Origin: Nitrosopumilaceae archaeon
GTDB lineage: Archaea; Thermoproteota; Nitrososphaeria; Nitrososphaerales; Nitrosopumilaceae
Assembly: GCA_965214835.1 (NCBI GenBank)
Contig: CBDCCK010000002.1
Location: 800,001 to 864,000, forward strand
Direction of reading: 5' to 3'
DNA: 64,000 nt
Shown: positions 43,307-53,483 of the stretch, piece by piece
Layout: each line of letters opens with the position of its first letter
How positions within the stretch are numbered: the stretch's first letter is position 1
Notes under the pieces: generated by a model
Database searches by the model: none
Seen by the model: only the letters and a program-made list of their open reading frames with translations
What the model was told of the DNA's origin: nothing
Program-made: the position numbers and the translations under genes

Positions 43307-44131
43307 TCAGCTCGCGGAGCTTTCGATTTGTCTTGCCAGCTGGATCAGCTCGCGGAGGAGTCTCTTGGCGTCCTCAATCTCGCCTCCCGCCATCATGGTT
43401 CTGATTTCATCGATCAGTCCGCGTGCCTCCCCGATCTGCGATGGATCGGCGCCGGCATCTGATGCCCCGGTGATCCTTTCGTCAATTCCGCCAAGCTGCC
43501 TTTCAACGAACTGCCTTGCCCTGTCCGAGGCGCTGCTTGAGGCATGCTCGCGAATGTCCTTTTTTATGTCCTGAATCAGGCTCCTGATCTGGTCGACGGT
43601 TGCAGCCGGATTTCCCGTTCCATGTGTGATCTCAGAGCGGGCCCGATCTATTAGCGAATCAATCCCGCCAAAGCTGATTCCGGTATCATGCCTGTCAGAT
43701 ACCTGCCTGAGGCTGTCTACGTACCTGACCAGCCTGTTGAGCTCGCTCAGGGGATCACGATCTGCTGCCTGGGCGGGGGATGCCGTTCCCTCCTCGGCTG
43801 CCCGGGGGGCAATCATCCTGGTAATCTCCTTGAAATGCCTCATTGCAGAGAGGAAATGGCCTCTGGCCTCCTCGACATCGGAGGATTCCAGGGATTCCCC
43901 GAGCAGCACGACCTGTTGGCCTCCCAGCTCAAATTCCTCTTTGACCTGGGGGGGTGCTGCATCATAGCCGTCGTAGGTTCCCCGGATCTGGTCTTCGATC
44001 TGGGCTTGGGCCTCCTCTGCAATGCGCTTGAGGATGTCCGGATCATTTTGGGCAAAGGCGCCATCAGTCAGGGATGTGAAAAGGGCTCCTGCCGCCAATG
44101 CGGAGACTGCAAGCAGTGCCAGCGTCCTCAT
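43307..44131 (-). CDS. Secreted helical hypothetical protein
   Basis: Signal peptide ending AFA; coupled to the upstream gene. Confidence 0.75.
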   Translation of the reverse strand: MRTLALLAVSALAAGALFTSLTDGAFAQNDPDILKRIAEEAQAQIEDQIRGTYDGYDAAPPQVKEEFELGGQQVVLLGESLESSDVEEARGHFLSAMRHFKEITRMIAPRAAEEGTASPAQAADRDPLSELNRLVRYVDSLRQVSDRHDTGISFGGIDSLIDRARSEITHGTGNPAATVDQIRSLIQDIKKDIREHASSSASDRARQFVERQLGGIDERITGASDAGADPSQIGEARGLIDEIRTMMAGGEIEDAKRLLRELIQLARQIESSAS

Positions 44132-45045
44132 TCCCCTTCCCCCGTGTTTTTACGCAGCTTTACCAGGTTTTGCATGTTTTTCTTTTCTGTTTCTACGATG
44201 CCACTTCGCTCTAGCCGCCTGACTGCACGCCACATTGTAGTTCTTGGCTGGAGGAATTTTTTACGCAATTCGCTTTCAAGTGCTTGGCCCCCGTTATCAG
44301 AGATAAACTTCACTATCTCTTTATCATCATCACGAATGTCAGGCCTCGCCTTGAGGACTGCCTCGATGTCGGCAGTCTCGGATTTTGCGGTTGTTTTGGC
44401 CGCCTGAGGCCCGGTTGTCGGTGCAGATGGTTTTTGCCTCTTTGAAACTGCAATGATTCCAGCTGCTGCGGCCGCACCGCCAATCATTCCATACAGCACG
44501 ATGTCCGGGATTGCGGGGCCGGTGGCCTCGGTGGCCTCGGGTGTAGAGCTGAACAGATAGTCAATTTCGGAGTCTCCTGCAGGCAGTGTCAGCTGGTTTT
44601 GATTGTTGACTATTTCCATGTTGATTGGGAGGTTGGTCATGCCAACGATGGCGGAATTTTTGGGCAGGAGCAGTGTAAAATCAGCCGGGGAGTCAAGCGA
44701 GAACGTCCAGATTCTTCCAGTTTTTGAGACTAGGTCGTGGATGTCATATTTTACGGTAATTGTAGATGAGCCAAACGTCTCGATTAGCGCCTTGCTTCCA
44801 ATAATCTCAGAGTGCAGCAGGAATCCGTTTTCTCCCACGGCTACAAGATTATCCACGGTTGAACCATGCAGTTCTAGCTCGTGGCTGGCATCAAGCGGGT
44901 CCACATCGATCTCCGCGGAGACGTACACAGACCCGTCAGGATAAACTATCAGATCCAGCGTCCGTGTGGAGCTGAACGAGGGCTGAATCGGCATTATCGC
45001 AGCCACAATTATCACGCTGGCTACTAGCAGCGGTGCCTTGACCAT
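44128..45045 (-). CDS. Membrane-anchored protein with C-terminal wHTH
   Basis: Signal peptide, TM helix, ESELRK…PRTTMWRAVRRLE. Confidence 0.8.
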   Translation of the reverse strand: MVKAPLLVASVIIVAAIMPIQPSFSSTRTLDLIVYPDGSVYVSAEIDVDPLDASHELELHGSTVDNLVAVGENGFLLHSEIIGSKALIETFGSSTITVKYDIHDLVSKTGRIWTFSLDSPADFTLLLPKNSAIVGMTNLPINMEIVNNQNQLTLPAGDSEIDYLFSSTPEATEATGPAIPDIVLYGMIGGAAAAAGIIAVSKRQKPSAPTTGPQAAKTTAKSETADIEAVLKARPDIRDDDKEIVKFISDNGGQALESELRKKFLQPRTTMWRAVRRLERSGIVETEKKNMQNLVKLRKNTGEGE

Positions 45046-45137
45046 TGTTTCGGAAATACCATCAGTCCTTACAAAAAGCATTCTGTCTTCGGGGAGCTCT
45101 TCCTGTCCGGGGTACGGTACGGCTTTCAGATCCACGG

Positions 45138-45425
45138 TCAGTACCTCAGATTCATGCCTTCGACGAGGGTCCGGAACCTCTTAAACTCCCGGAAAAACTC
45201 CAGGCCCTTTGAGGTAATCAAGAAGACCCTGTTTCGGTCATTTTTGACGGATTCTACCAGGCCGGCAGAAACTAGTTGTTCACATTTGTCCAGGACAGCA
45301 TAGTGAGAAAGATTGGCTCTCCTAGATATTGCAGACACAATGACTCCGTTGCGCCCGCCTTCAACGGTGACATCCAGGATATCACCCATTATGCCCATTT
45401 CGGACCTGTATTGTTGCTTTGACAT
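45138..45425 (-). CDS. Winged-helix transcriptional regulator
   Basis: YRSEM.I..DIL, ANLSH, FLITSKG. Confidence 0.85.
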   Translation of the reverse strand: MSKQQYRSEMGIMGDILDVTVEGGRNGVIVSAISRRANLSHYAVLDKCEQLVSAGLVESVKNDRNRVFLITSKGLEFFREFKRFRTLVEGMNLRY

Positions 45426-45687
45426 GGCATGCTGTGCGGTGCCCCGGTTTATCAGGGATGTCTTGAAACCCCGTGGCGGAACGCAAGGCGGAACGGCCGT
45501 TCCGGGCCGGAATTTGGGCGTTTTTTGGGGCCTTTTTGTGCGCGGGCAAGATGGGGGATTTTGCTGGTTTTTGAACCCAGAATTTAGTTTTTCAGAGTAT
45601 TGGAGGTTGCGACGTCATCAGTTGGATCCAGGTCCCTCCAGAACCGGTCAAAGGACAAAATGCCATGTATCTAGATTCCAGGTGCTG

Positions 45688-46657
45688 TCACGACAGTTCG
45701 GGTATGCCTATGTCGCGAAGATAGGCATATGTCTTATCATAGAATGCGGGAAGCCGTGTATGATCGTTTATGTCTCCATGAGGTAAAAAGATCACCAGTC
45801 CTTGCCTTGCTCGCGTCAGCAAAACCCGATACGCGTTTTTCAGGTATGACATCCTAGCATCCTTTCTGATATGGGTCCATTTTGATCCCCTAAACTCGCG
45901 ATATATCCAGTCCTTGGCAGAGCTATATCTAAGGTTGGCATCCCATGCAACACATGCCCAGTCAAGCTCAAGCCCCTGTACATGAAACTCCGTAGCAGCG
46001 TATTCAAGACTGTACGATGAGCGGTGATCATTACGCTCGTTAAGAAACCATTTTGTGGCATCGACTGTAAGCTCGACGTATATTCCGTGCGGCTGCAGTC
46101 TGTACGATTTTGCGCTTGCCACTATTCCGAACCTCTCGCTTCCACGTGCCTTCTCGCGCAGCCACTGCTTTGCGCGCTCAAAGTCCCGCGTCATTACTAT
46201 CGGATACCGATCCAGCATCCCCAATACATTTCGTGCGTCTTCTGTATTGCAATCCAAAAGCACCTTCACAAATTCTGACACACGCTCGCTACGAAACGAC
46301 CTGATTGATGTGCTCAGATGCAGATCTGGAACAGACGTACACTTTGTGTCGCCTACAAGATCGATCATGTTCTGATTACCTGTGTATTCGGCGTCTGTTA
46401 TCTTTGTGGATATGTAGACGTTCCAGTCCGGGTAGTGGTTGCGAATACTATCAAACCACTCTGTCAGCCCTGCCTCGCCGGTGTTGATCTCCTGGCCTCC
46501 TCCTACTAGGCACACGATCACCGCCCATCCCTCGTGCCTGTCTAGGACACTGATCAGAAACTGGGGTTCGGACATGTTAAAGTTCTTTATTCTCTTCTTG
46601 CTTGCCATAAAACGGGTCGTTTGTTCCTTGTTCCATGCCCGTTGTGCCTCGTCAAAT
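45688..46657 (-). pseudogene. DUF2075 (Schlafen group 3-like) helicase copy 2, C-terminal half
   Basis: FDEAQRAW, VGGGQEINTGE, SIRSFR, QGLELDW, YRVLLTRARQG; no Walker A. Confidence 0.88.
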
Positions 46658-46718
46658 GAGACTGGTAAGTTAGCGGGAGCTGATTTCTTCTGGAAGCATC
46701 GGGAGCTGCTATGGGCAT

Positions 46719-46800
46719 TAGACCTTATGCATAATCGGTTCAGAACTAGGATTATTACGAACAAATTCATCACATTCAGGTCGATTACGCATAAAGCCTA
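46719..46800. mobile_element. About 80-bp inverted-repeat MITE
   Basis: AGACCTTATGCATAATCG … CGATTACGCATAAAGCCT; similar end at about 47777. Confidence 0.5.
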
Positions 46801-46831
46801 CCGGACCGTAGCATCGGGCTGACAAGCTCTA

Positions 46832-47091
46832 GGCCATACCGCCCGGAGACCAACAGCAAGCTAGCAAGATTTCACGGTAGTATAGAGGCCAAAATCCACC
46901 ACTATGCGAGTCTGGCTGTATACGTGGAATACTATAACGAGCGCAGGCTACACTTTGCAATGGATATCGACAACTGTGAGACGCCGTTGCAGGCCTTCTC
47001 GGCAGAGGCCACAGAAGCGATCAGAAAAAGCAACCCAAAATGGATGGGGAGGGACATCAATGACTAGCGAACCTAATTTTCATATAACACA
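46832..47091 (+). mobile_element. IS481 3' remnant
   Basis: PETNSKL, YYNERRLH; …CATATAACACA. Confidence 0.8.
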
Positions 47092-47834
47092 ACTCCAAAT
47101 CCCTGTTGGTGAGAAGATCATACTATTCTGGAACCATACAGGAGTTCTTGGCGGCCGACGGAGGCAAGATACTAGACGAGATCCGTGAGAATGACACCTT
47201 CAAGCCAGACAGGAATCAGACTGATGCGTGGAGGGAGCAGATCCTCATACTGAAGGATCAGCTCAGGGATCTTGGGCGTGGCCATGTCATCTTCGAGTAT
47301 ACCATTCCTAGGATGGGCAAGAGGGTAGACACCGTGGTGATCCACTCTGACTTTGTATTTGTCATGGAGTTCAAGGTCAACAAGAAGAGATTCGAAAGGC
47401 AGGACGAGGATCAGTGCACCGACTATGCGCTGGATCTGAAGAACTTCCACGAGGACAGCCATTGCGCCTCGATAGTGCCGATCCTCGTATCCACGGAGGC
47501 AGACAGCCCGGATCATGAGACGCCAGAAAAGTACAACTTCAGGTCCTATTTATACTGACTAGGGAACTTTTTGCCCGGAACTTTTTGATCCTTCCGCATC
47601 CGTTGTGACAGACCCGTTGCATCACGGTTCTGTGTAATCTTGGTGATATGAAATTTCATCGGGATCAGGAATGCCCGACAATCTGACCTTTCAGGTTGTT
47701 CTGTGTAATCTTAGGCACCTGAGGCTGGATCTTCTGATTGAAATGATGATGTTCTGGACACAATGCGTCATAGTCAGACCTTATGTGTAATCGGCACTGA
47801 TCAAAAAAACCAGGCAGCTTTTACGTAATTTTTG

Positions 47835-48120
47835 GAAAACTCCGTCTGTTCCAGGGTCTTGGCAGCCCGGCCCTTGATGGTTGCCACGCACGTCTTTTTA
47901 TGAACGTCTATTCCTATGTTGATCATTATATCACCTCCCTGTTGATCAAAGTGTGTGTGCCCAACTGTGCGGAAAACTCCCATTCGCCCTCGATGTGGCA
48001 TTTCGTTGTCCGCCTACTCTGAGCCAGTCTCTTACGCGCTCTCATATGTGGCAAGTTTACTTCGGCTCTTGGGCCCAACATGGATAGTATGGCATCCGCT
48101 ACAGATAAGATTTGATATAA
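47835..48120 (-). mobile_element. IS110 left non-coding end and transposase stub
   Basis: MINIGIDVHKKTCVATI from 47926, preceded by a GGAGGTGA Shine-Dalgarno. Confidence 0.75.
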
Positions 48121-48437
48121 CGTCTCTTACCAGTTGGGTGTATTTCCGCGACGATAATATCGCGGCCCATTGAAGTTTGGGAGCACCAGTACGGGATTCG
48201 ACTGTAAGATGTTGCTTTCCGCGACGTTGTTGCGATCCCATTCAAGCAAAGGCTTTAGGATTTTCAGGATCTCGTTGGCGGCACTGCCGATCAGGATCTT
48301 CATTACCATGCCTCCTGTGCAGTATCCGCTGGATCGGGTAAACCTTCACCCGGCATCCTCCTCCTGGCACCGTCTGTACCGTCGTGAACCAGGCGCATTT
48401 GGGATGACTGAAAACGAATCATTATAAGATACTTGGT

Positions 48438-49052
48438 ATGAGTATCTTCATGCCGGCCAACAAGCTGAAGAGGATTGTAGGGGATGAATTTTTTTCACAG
48501 TTCGAACATGATTTGGAAAAACTGATTGAATCCGGACCAAAAACGTGGGACATGCTGTTTTCTGTATATGAAGACATGGAACATCACCAGCAGTACAACT
48601 TTTTGTTGAAGAAAAAATGTGCGGCGCATGGAGGATCATACGACGACATAGTGCGGTTGTCTTCACCATTTCGCTATCTCATACGGCTGATGTTGAACGG
48701 AATATTGGAGAAAAACGACATCAGGAATGCCATCCTGGACAGCACAGACCACTCAAATGTAGACGCGTTTTGCGATGAGCTGGCTTCCAAGTTTGATTCA
48801 TGTCGTGATAAACTCAAGGTGGCCAATGCTGTCGGAATGGCATTTAATCATGACATATCCCTGCTGGAAGACATTAGGGTCGATACTGGAGTGAGAAGCG
48901 TAGTGGTGGATTCTAGCACAGTTAAAAAGCCAATAATAACAATAAGCCTGGATGAAGTTGTGTTTAACTGCACCAAGGGAGATGTACACATTTTAATTGA
49001 CATTTTAAAAAACGCATGTAAGGTGATAGAGGATGAGTACGAGAAAAACTAG
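48438..49052 (+). CDS. Hypothetical 204-aa protein, candidate COMMD-like
   Basis: Helical N-terminus; C-terminal strand-strand-strand-helix pattern LEDIRVDTGVRSV…KPIITISL…VVFNCT..DVHILIDIL. Confidence 0.55.
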   Translation: MSIFMPANKLKRIVGDEFFSQFEHDLEKLIESGPKTWDMLFSVYEDMEHHQQYNFLLKKKCAAHGGSYDDIVRLSSPFRYLIRLMLNGILEKNDIRNAILDSTDHSNVDAFCDELASKFDSCRDKLKVANAVGMAFNHDISLLEDIRVDTGVRSVVVDSSTVKKPIITISLDEVVFNCTKGDVHILIDILKNACKVIEDEYEKN

Positions 49053-49404
49053 GCTGAAGAATGCTCACGGCAGGCTGTCGTATGAACCCGGTGGCGGCCT
49101 GATTAAAATCAGGACGAATGAGGAATCACGTGAAATGAGGTTGGAGTTTCCAAACAAGGAGATGTATGTCAAATTTTATGATTTTGCAACAGAAAACTAT
49201 GACAGGTACAGGATATATCAAGATCACCAGGGTTTCAGCTTCCCCAAAAAATCCGCCGCATTCGTCGGCACCAGCATAGCTGCAAGCCTGGGCCTGATTA
49301 TGCTGGTTGCGCACCCGCTAGGTATCATATCCGCATCCGCGTTCATATGCCCGGGGTACATGCATGGAAAGTCAATTTACAACTGGTTTAGAAACCGCAG
49401 ATGA
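49033..49404 (+). CDS. Hypothetical protein with C-terminal TM hairpin
   Basis: Overlaps the upstream gene; hydrophobic C-terminus. Confidence 0.6.
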   Translation: MSTRKTRLKNAHGRLSYEPGGGLIKIRTNEESREMRLEFPNKEMYVKFYDFATENYDRYRIYQDHQGFSFPKKSAAFVGTSIAASLGLIMLVAHPLGIISASAFICPGYMHGKSIYNWFRNRR

Positions 49405-49622
49405 ACCAAAGACAGTTTTTAACCTGTTTTATTGGAACTGTGGGTACAATGGCATTTACCACGTATGCCGTCACATTTGACATGAATGATATGGAGACCG
49501 AAATCACGCTGGAAAAACTGAAGATAACAACGCCGCTGGATCTGGTCCTCCCGTTCATGGTCTTGTGCGCAGGCACGATAGGATGTATAATCCGGAGTGA
49601 TGCTGGGCCGTCGGCCAAGTGA
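49401..49622 (+). CDS. Small 2-TM protein
   Basis: ATGA overlap; two hydrophobic segments. Confidence 0.55.
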   Translation: MNQRQFLTCFIGTVGTMAFTTYAVTFDMNDMETEITLEKLKITTPLDLVLPFMVLCAGTIGCIIRSDAGPSAK

Positions 49623-49636
49623 AATGTATAGTGACG

Positions 49637-49766
49637 GGGGTTGTCGCCTAATTCCATTTATCTGGCTCTACCTGCACATTTTTCTGAATTTCCGCCCTTT
49701 TACACGCCTGATCCATATGGCAACTCAATAGTTTTCAGGAATTCTAATGAATTAGGCGACAACCCC
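49637..49766. mobile_element. MITE family A, copy 2
   Basis: GGGGTTGTCGCCTAATTC…GAATTAGGCGACAACCCC, 130 bp; no TSD. Confidence 0.85.
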
Positions 49767-51381
49767 CATCTGATCATAAGATGCTGCCCAGGAAATGCCT
49801 GCCTGTCAGTATAAAAAGGACCTGAAGTTGTACCCAGAAAAGTATGTCGACTGCGTATATCACACGATCCGCGCAAACAAGGACGAGATACGCGATACCA
49901 TGAGGCGCGTCTCCTCCTCAGACGAGGCCGGATGCCGCGTGACGGCCACAAAGTGGGAGGATTCAATGTACCGCCCTACACCTACGATAACTGAGGCCGC
50001 CACCGCGCTGTGCGGCGGCATCTCGGGCATTGACGACCTGATGCACTCTGATGCAGGCAAGATAAACTTGGACGTTACTGCAGGTGCCATAAGCGGGATA
50101 ATCGAGAAATCAAAACGCAATGGCTCCAAGTCCATCTGCTTTGTAACCGGGGTTCCGGGATCCGGCAAGACGCTTGCGGCGCTGAACCTGGTGTGCGGTG
50201 CCCATCGCGAGAAGGACGGGCGGGCCGTGTTACTGTCCGGAAATCAGACACTGGTGAATGTACTCAAAGAGTCACTCGTACGGGGAGGCGGATGCATAAC
50301 AGAATACGAGGGCAAGGCAGCAGCATCGCTGATACAGCACATACCCAAGTTCAGAAATAACATCAGCCCCGACAAGCCGTCATTGGAGAGGATTATGGTG
50401 TTTGACGAGGCGCAGCGGGCATGGTCTGCCGAGAAGCTTGCAAAATCACAGAAAACCAAGAACCTTGACTATCACGGAATGTCGGATCCGGAGCTGTTGA
50501 TAGGGTCGATGGCCAGGCACAAGGGGTGGGCCGTGATAGTGTGCCTGATAGGGGAGGGCCAGGAGATCTACGACGGTGAGGTCGGTCTATCCGGGTGGCT
50601 GGAGGCCATAAGGAACAGGTACCCCAAATGGAATGTATACCATTCGGCGAGGATCGATGATCCACGCTACGGCAAGGATGTACCGGCCCTGCTTGAGGGA
50701 ACTCGACACGATGCGGTGAAGGGACTGCATCTGGACACGTCAATCAGGTCATTCCGTGCCGAGAGCCTGTCGATGCTCGTATCCAGAATCCTAGATCGCG
50801 ACGCGGAGGGCGCACAGGAGGTCTGGAGAGGCATCAGCGACAGGTATCCCATTGCCATCACGCGCGACATCAACAAGGCAAAAAAGTGGGTAAGGGGGAG
50901 GGCGCGCGGAACCGAAAGGTACGGCATCGTGGCAAGCTCGGAGGGATACCGACTTGGGCCGCATGGGATATTCGTAAAGTCCGACATCAAGCCCGTCCAT
51001 TGGTTCATGGCAGGCAAGGACGATATACGCTCGTCGTATTATATGGAGAAAGTAGCCACCGAGTTTTACATACAGGGGCTGGAGCTTGATTGGGTGTGCC
51101 TTGCATGGGATGCAAACTTGAGGTATATAGACGGGGACTGGCAGGCGCACAGGTTCCGCGGGAGCAGCTGGGGATCCATAAAGACTGAGAAGGCTCGCGA
51201 GTACCTGCTGAACTCGTACCGCGTGCTACTCACCAGGGCCCGTCAGGGGATGGTGATATTCGTCCCGGAGGGAGACGACCACGACGCCACTAGGAACCCG
51301 GAGTTCTACGACGGTACGTACGAGTATCTCAAAGGCATCGGGTTTGAGGAGATATGATCCGAGTCTGGAATTCCTGTTTGG

Positions 51382-51630
51382 GAGGCTGTCGTCTAATTCC
51401 CTTTGCTTGACTCAATCTGCACGTTTTTCTGAATCTCCACGCCCTTTGCACGCCTAATCCAGACGACACCTCATAGTTTTCAGGTAACAGCTCGGACTTT
51501 GGAAGTGACTTGTGATTTTAGGCACGAATTACATCTGCGGAGGCCTCTTTGGTGGTAAAATTCATGCCTGAACTTCCAGAGCCCGACCTGTTACGTTTTC
51601 AGGAATTTTGATGAATTAGGCGACAATCTC
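51382..51630. mobile_element. MITE family A, copy 3, with a family B MITE nested at 51484-51594
   Basis: Outer 9-bp TSD CCTGTTTGG/CCTGTCTGG; inner GTAACAG…CTGTTAC with 8-bp TSD GTTTTCAG. Confidence 0.92.
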
Positions 51631-51971
51631 CCTGTCTGGAGACTGCAGAAAGCCCTCGAGTCTGTTTGCGTTCTTGGAGGTGGAGGCTCCATTTCAGGCA
51701 TCTTGAATACGATGGGCGTATTGAACTTTTTTTGTACACATCTATGAAAGCATCAACATATGAGAAAACACTGAAAATTCAAAAAAATCTTAAGGGCATC
51801 AAGTCCAAAGAATATCATCAAAAAATATGACATGGTTGTTCAGGATCAAGGCGATTCTGTAGGATTATTTTCCCATAGCCTCAAGCCAGAAAATTTGACT
51901 CTTGAAATGGCTTTTCAGATACGAAGATGGGTAGTTAGAACCAAAAGGACAATCATAACAAAAGTTTTGAC

Positions 51972-52082
51972 GTAACTGATCGGGTTCTGGAAGCTGTTTC
52001 TGATTTTAGGCACAAATTCTGTTTGATCGGCATTCATTAACGATAAAATTCATGCCTGAACTTCCAGAGTCCGACCTGTTAC
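51972..52082. mobile_element. MITE family B (111 bp, IS66-like GTAA ends)
   Basis: Homologous to 51484 and 55116; no TSD. Confidence 0.85.
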
Positions 52083-52163
52083 CTCTGTCGTTTATCTTTT
52101 GAGCAATAGTTGAAAAGGTGCACGGTTGATGGTGAAGGTTAAGAAAACCAAATTTCTGGCAAG

Positions 52164-53483
52164 CTATTCGATTGGGGCTATTTTTGAAAGATCTACGTCA
52201 AACCTGTCTGATATCTGCGATGCGATTTTCTTCCTGATTTCTTTATCTGCAGGTCCATATATCAAAAACTTGTCTACATCCCTGCCTGAAATTGGCGAGA
52301 ACGTATCAAAGTCATAAACATCATCACCGACCCTAAACAATATCTCCCCTTTTTTGAACAGCTTGTTCTTTATTGTTGATTTAAAGAAAATCACCTCATG
52401 TGGCTCTAAATTAAGAGAATTGCTTATTTCAAGCGCAATTTCGTTAAAATCACCTGACTTCATTTTCATAAACCTTCCCTCTACATCTGCTGCGTTTTCT
52501 AGATCCTTTGGAGCAAACTCACAGGCACGTTTGAGCAATTTTCTCTTCCTGATGTTGACGAGAATCAGCTTGGATGTTTTTGCATCATCGCTATCAATGA
52601 TTTTGTTGTAGGTTGAATAATCATCAAGGGAGGTGTAAAATTTCAAAAATTCTGGGTTGTCTTTATCTGGGTTGAATTTTAGTAGATTTTCATCAAAAAT
52701 CTTTTCATCGTAAATTGCAATTTCAAGTGCCTTGAGAAACATCTGGTCTGCGGCCAGCCTTGCATGGTGCGTATAGACTTGAACATGCATCAAGTATCGT
52801 GCCAGCCTGTAATTTTCAAGTGCGTCCTTTCCTTTCTTGCTGATGCAAATTCTAGAACCTTTTGGTGTTGAAGTAAGCGTGTGTAAAATTCGGTTAAAGT
52901 CAAACTGCCCATATGCAACACCAATATGGTATGAATCTCGCCTGAGATAGTCTAACTTGTCTGCATCAATACCGCTTGAAATAATGTCTGCCTGAAGTGG
53001 CTTTTCGGATTCTTTGTAGGATTCCTTTTTTTCTAGCAATTCTATGATTTCGTTTTTCTTTTCGCCTAGAATTGAGTCTAATTCTGAGTCTTCTTTAATT
53101 ATGATTCTTGAAATTTTTTCATGGGATTCTGAAATCGTAGGATTAGCCTTCTCTATTACTGCCTCAAACAAGTGAGAGAATGGACCATGGCCAAGATCAT
53201 GCATTAGGCACGAACATCTGATTCTTTCAATATCGTCTCGTTTGGTAAATCCCAGCTCGCGTGCCATTATGTTTGATACATATAATGCCCCTATGGAATG
53301 CTCAAATCTGGTATGTACTGATGACGGATATGCAACATATGCATGGGAAAGCTGTTTGATAAACTGTAATCTTCTAAAGACTTCTGCGTCTATGATTTTG
53401 GTTTCTAGTTCTGAAAGATCAACAAATCCGTAGAGAGGATCTCTGATTGCTTTGGCTCTAAAATAGCTGTTAGGCATAGACAA
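52164..53483 (-). CDS. SAMHD1/YwfO-like HD dNTP hydrolase, accessory low-GC copy
   Basis: RDPLYG, HTRFEHSIG, HDLGHGPFSH, DADKLDYLRRD. Confidence 0.9.
   Translation of the reverse strand: MSMPNSYFRAKAIRDPLYGFVDLSELETKIIDAEVFRRLQFIKQLSHAYVAYPSSVHTRFEHSIGALYVSNIMARELGFTKRDDIERIRCSCLMHDLGHGPFSHLFEAVIEKANPTISESHEKISRIIIKEDSELDSILGEKKNEIIELLEKKESYKESEKPLQADIISSGIDADKLDYLRRDSYHIGVAYGQFDFNRILHTLTSTPKGSRICISKKGKDALENYRLARYLMHVQVYTHHARLAADQMFLKALEIAIYDEKIFDENLLKFNPDKDNPEFLKFYTSLDDYSTYNKIIDSDDAKTSKLILVNIRKRKLLKRACEFAPKDLENAADVEGRFMKMKSGDFNEIALEISNSLNLEPHEVIFFKSTIKNKLFKKGEILFRVGDDVYDFDTFSPISGRDVDKFLIYGPADKEIRKKIASQISDRFDVDLSKIAPIE

Larger units (their letters stand above)
47531..49833. mobile_element. 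2.3-kb transposase-less element with cargo
   Basis: 29-bp TIRs GTACAACTTCAGGTCCT(A/T)TTTATACTGAC; 8-bp TSD CCAGAAAA at 47523-47530 and 49834-49841. Confidence 0.92.
47106..51357 (+). pseudogene. DUF2075 nuclease-helicase copy 1 (about 646 aa restored), interrupted by the 47531-49833 element
   Basis: N-part EYTIPRMGKRVD…EFK; C-part GVPGSGKT, FDEAQRAW; joins in frame as ETPEK|YVD. Confidence 0.9.
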
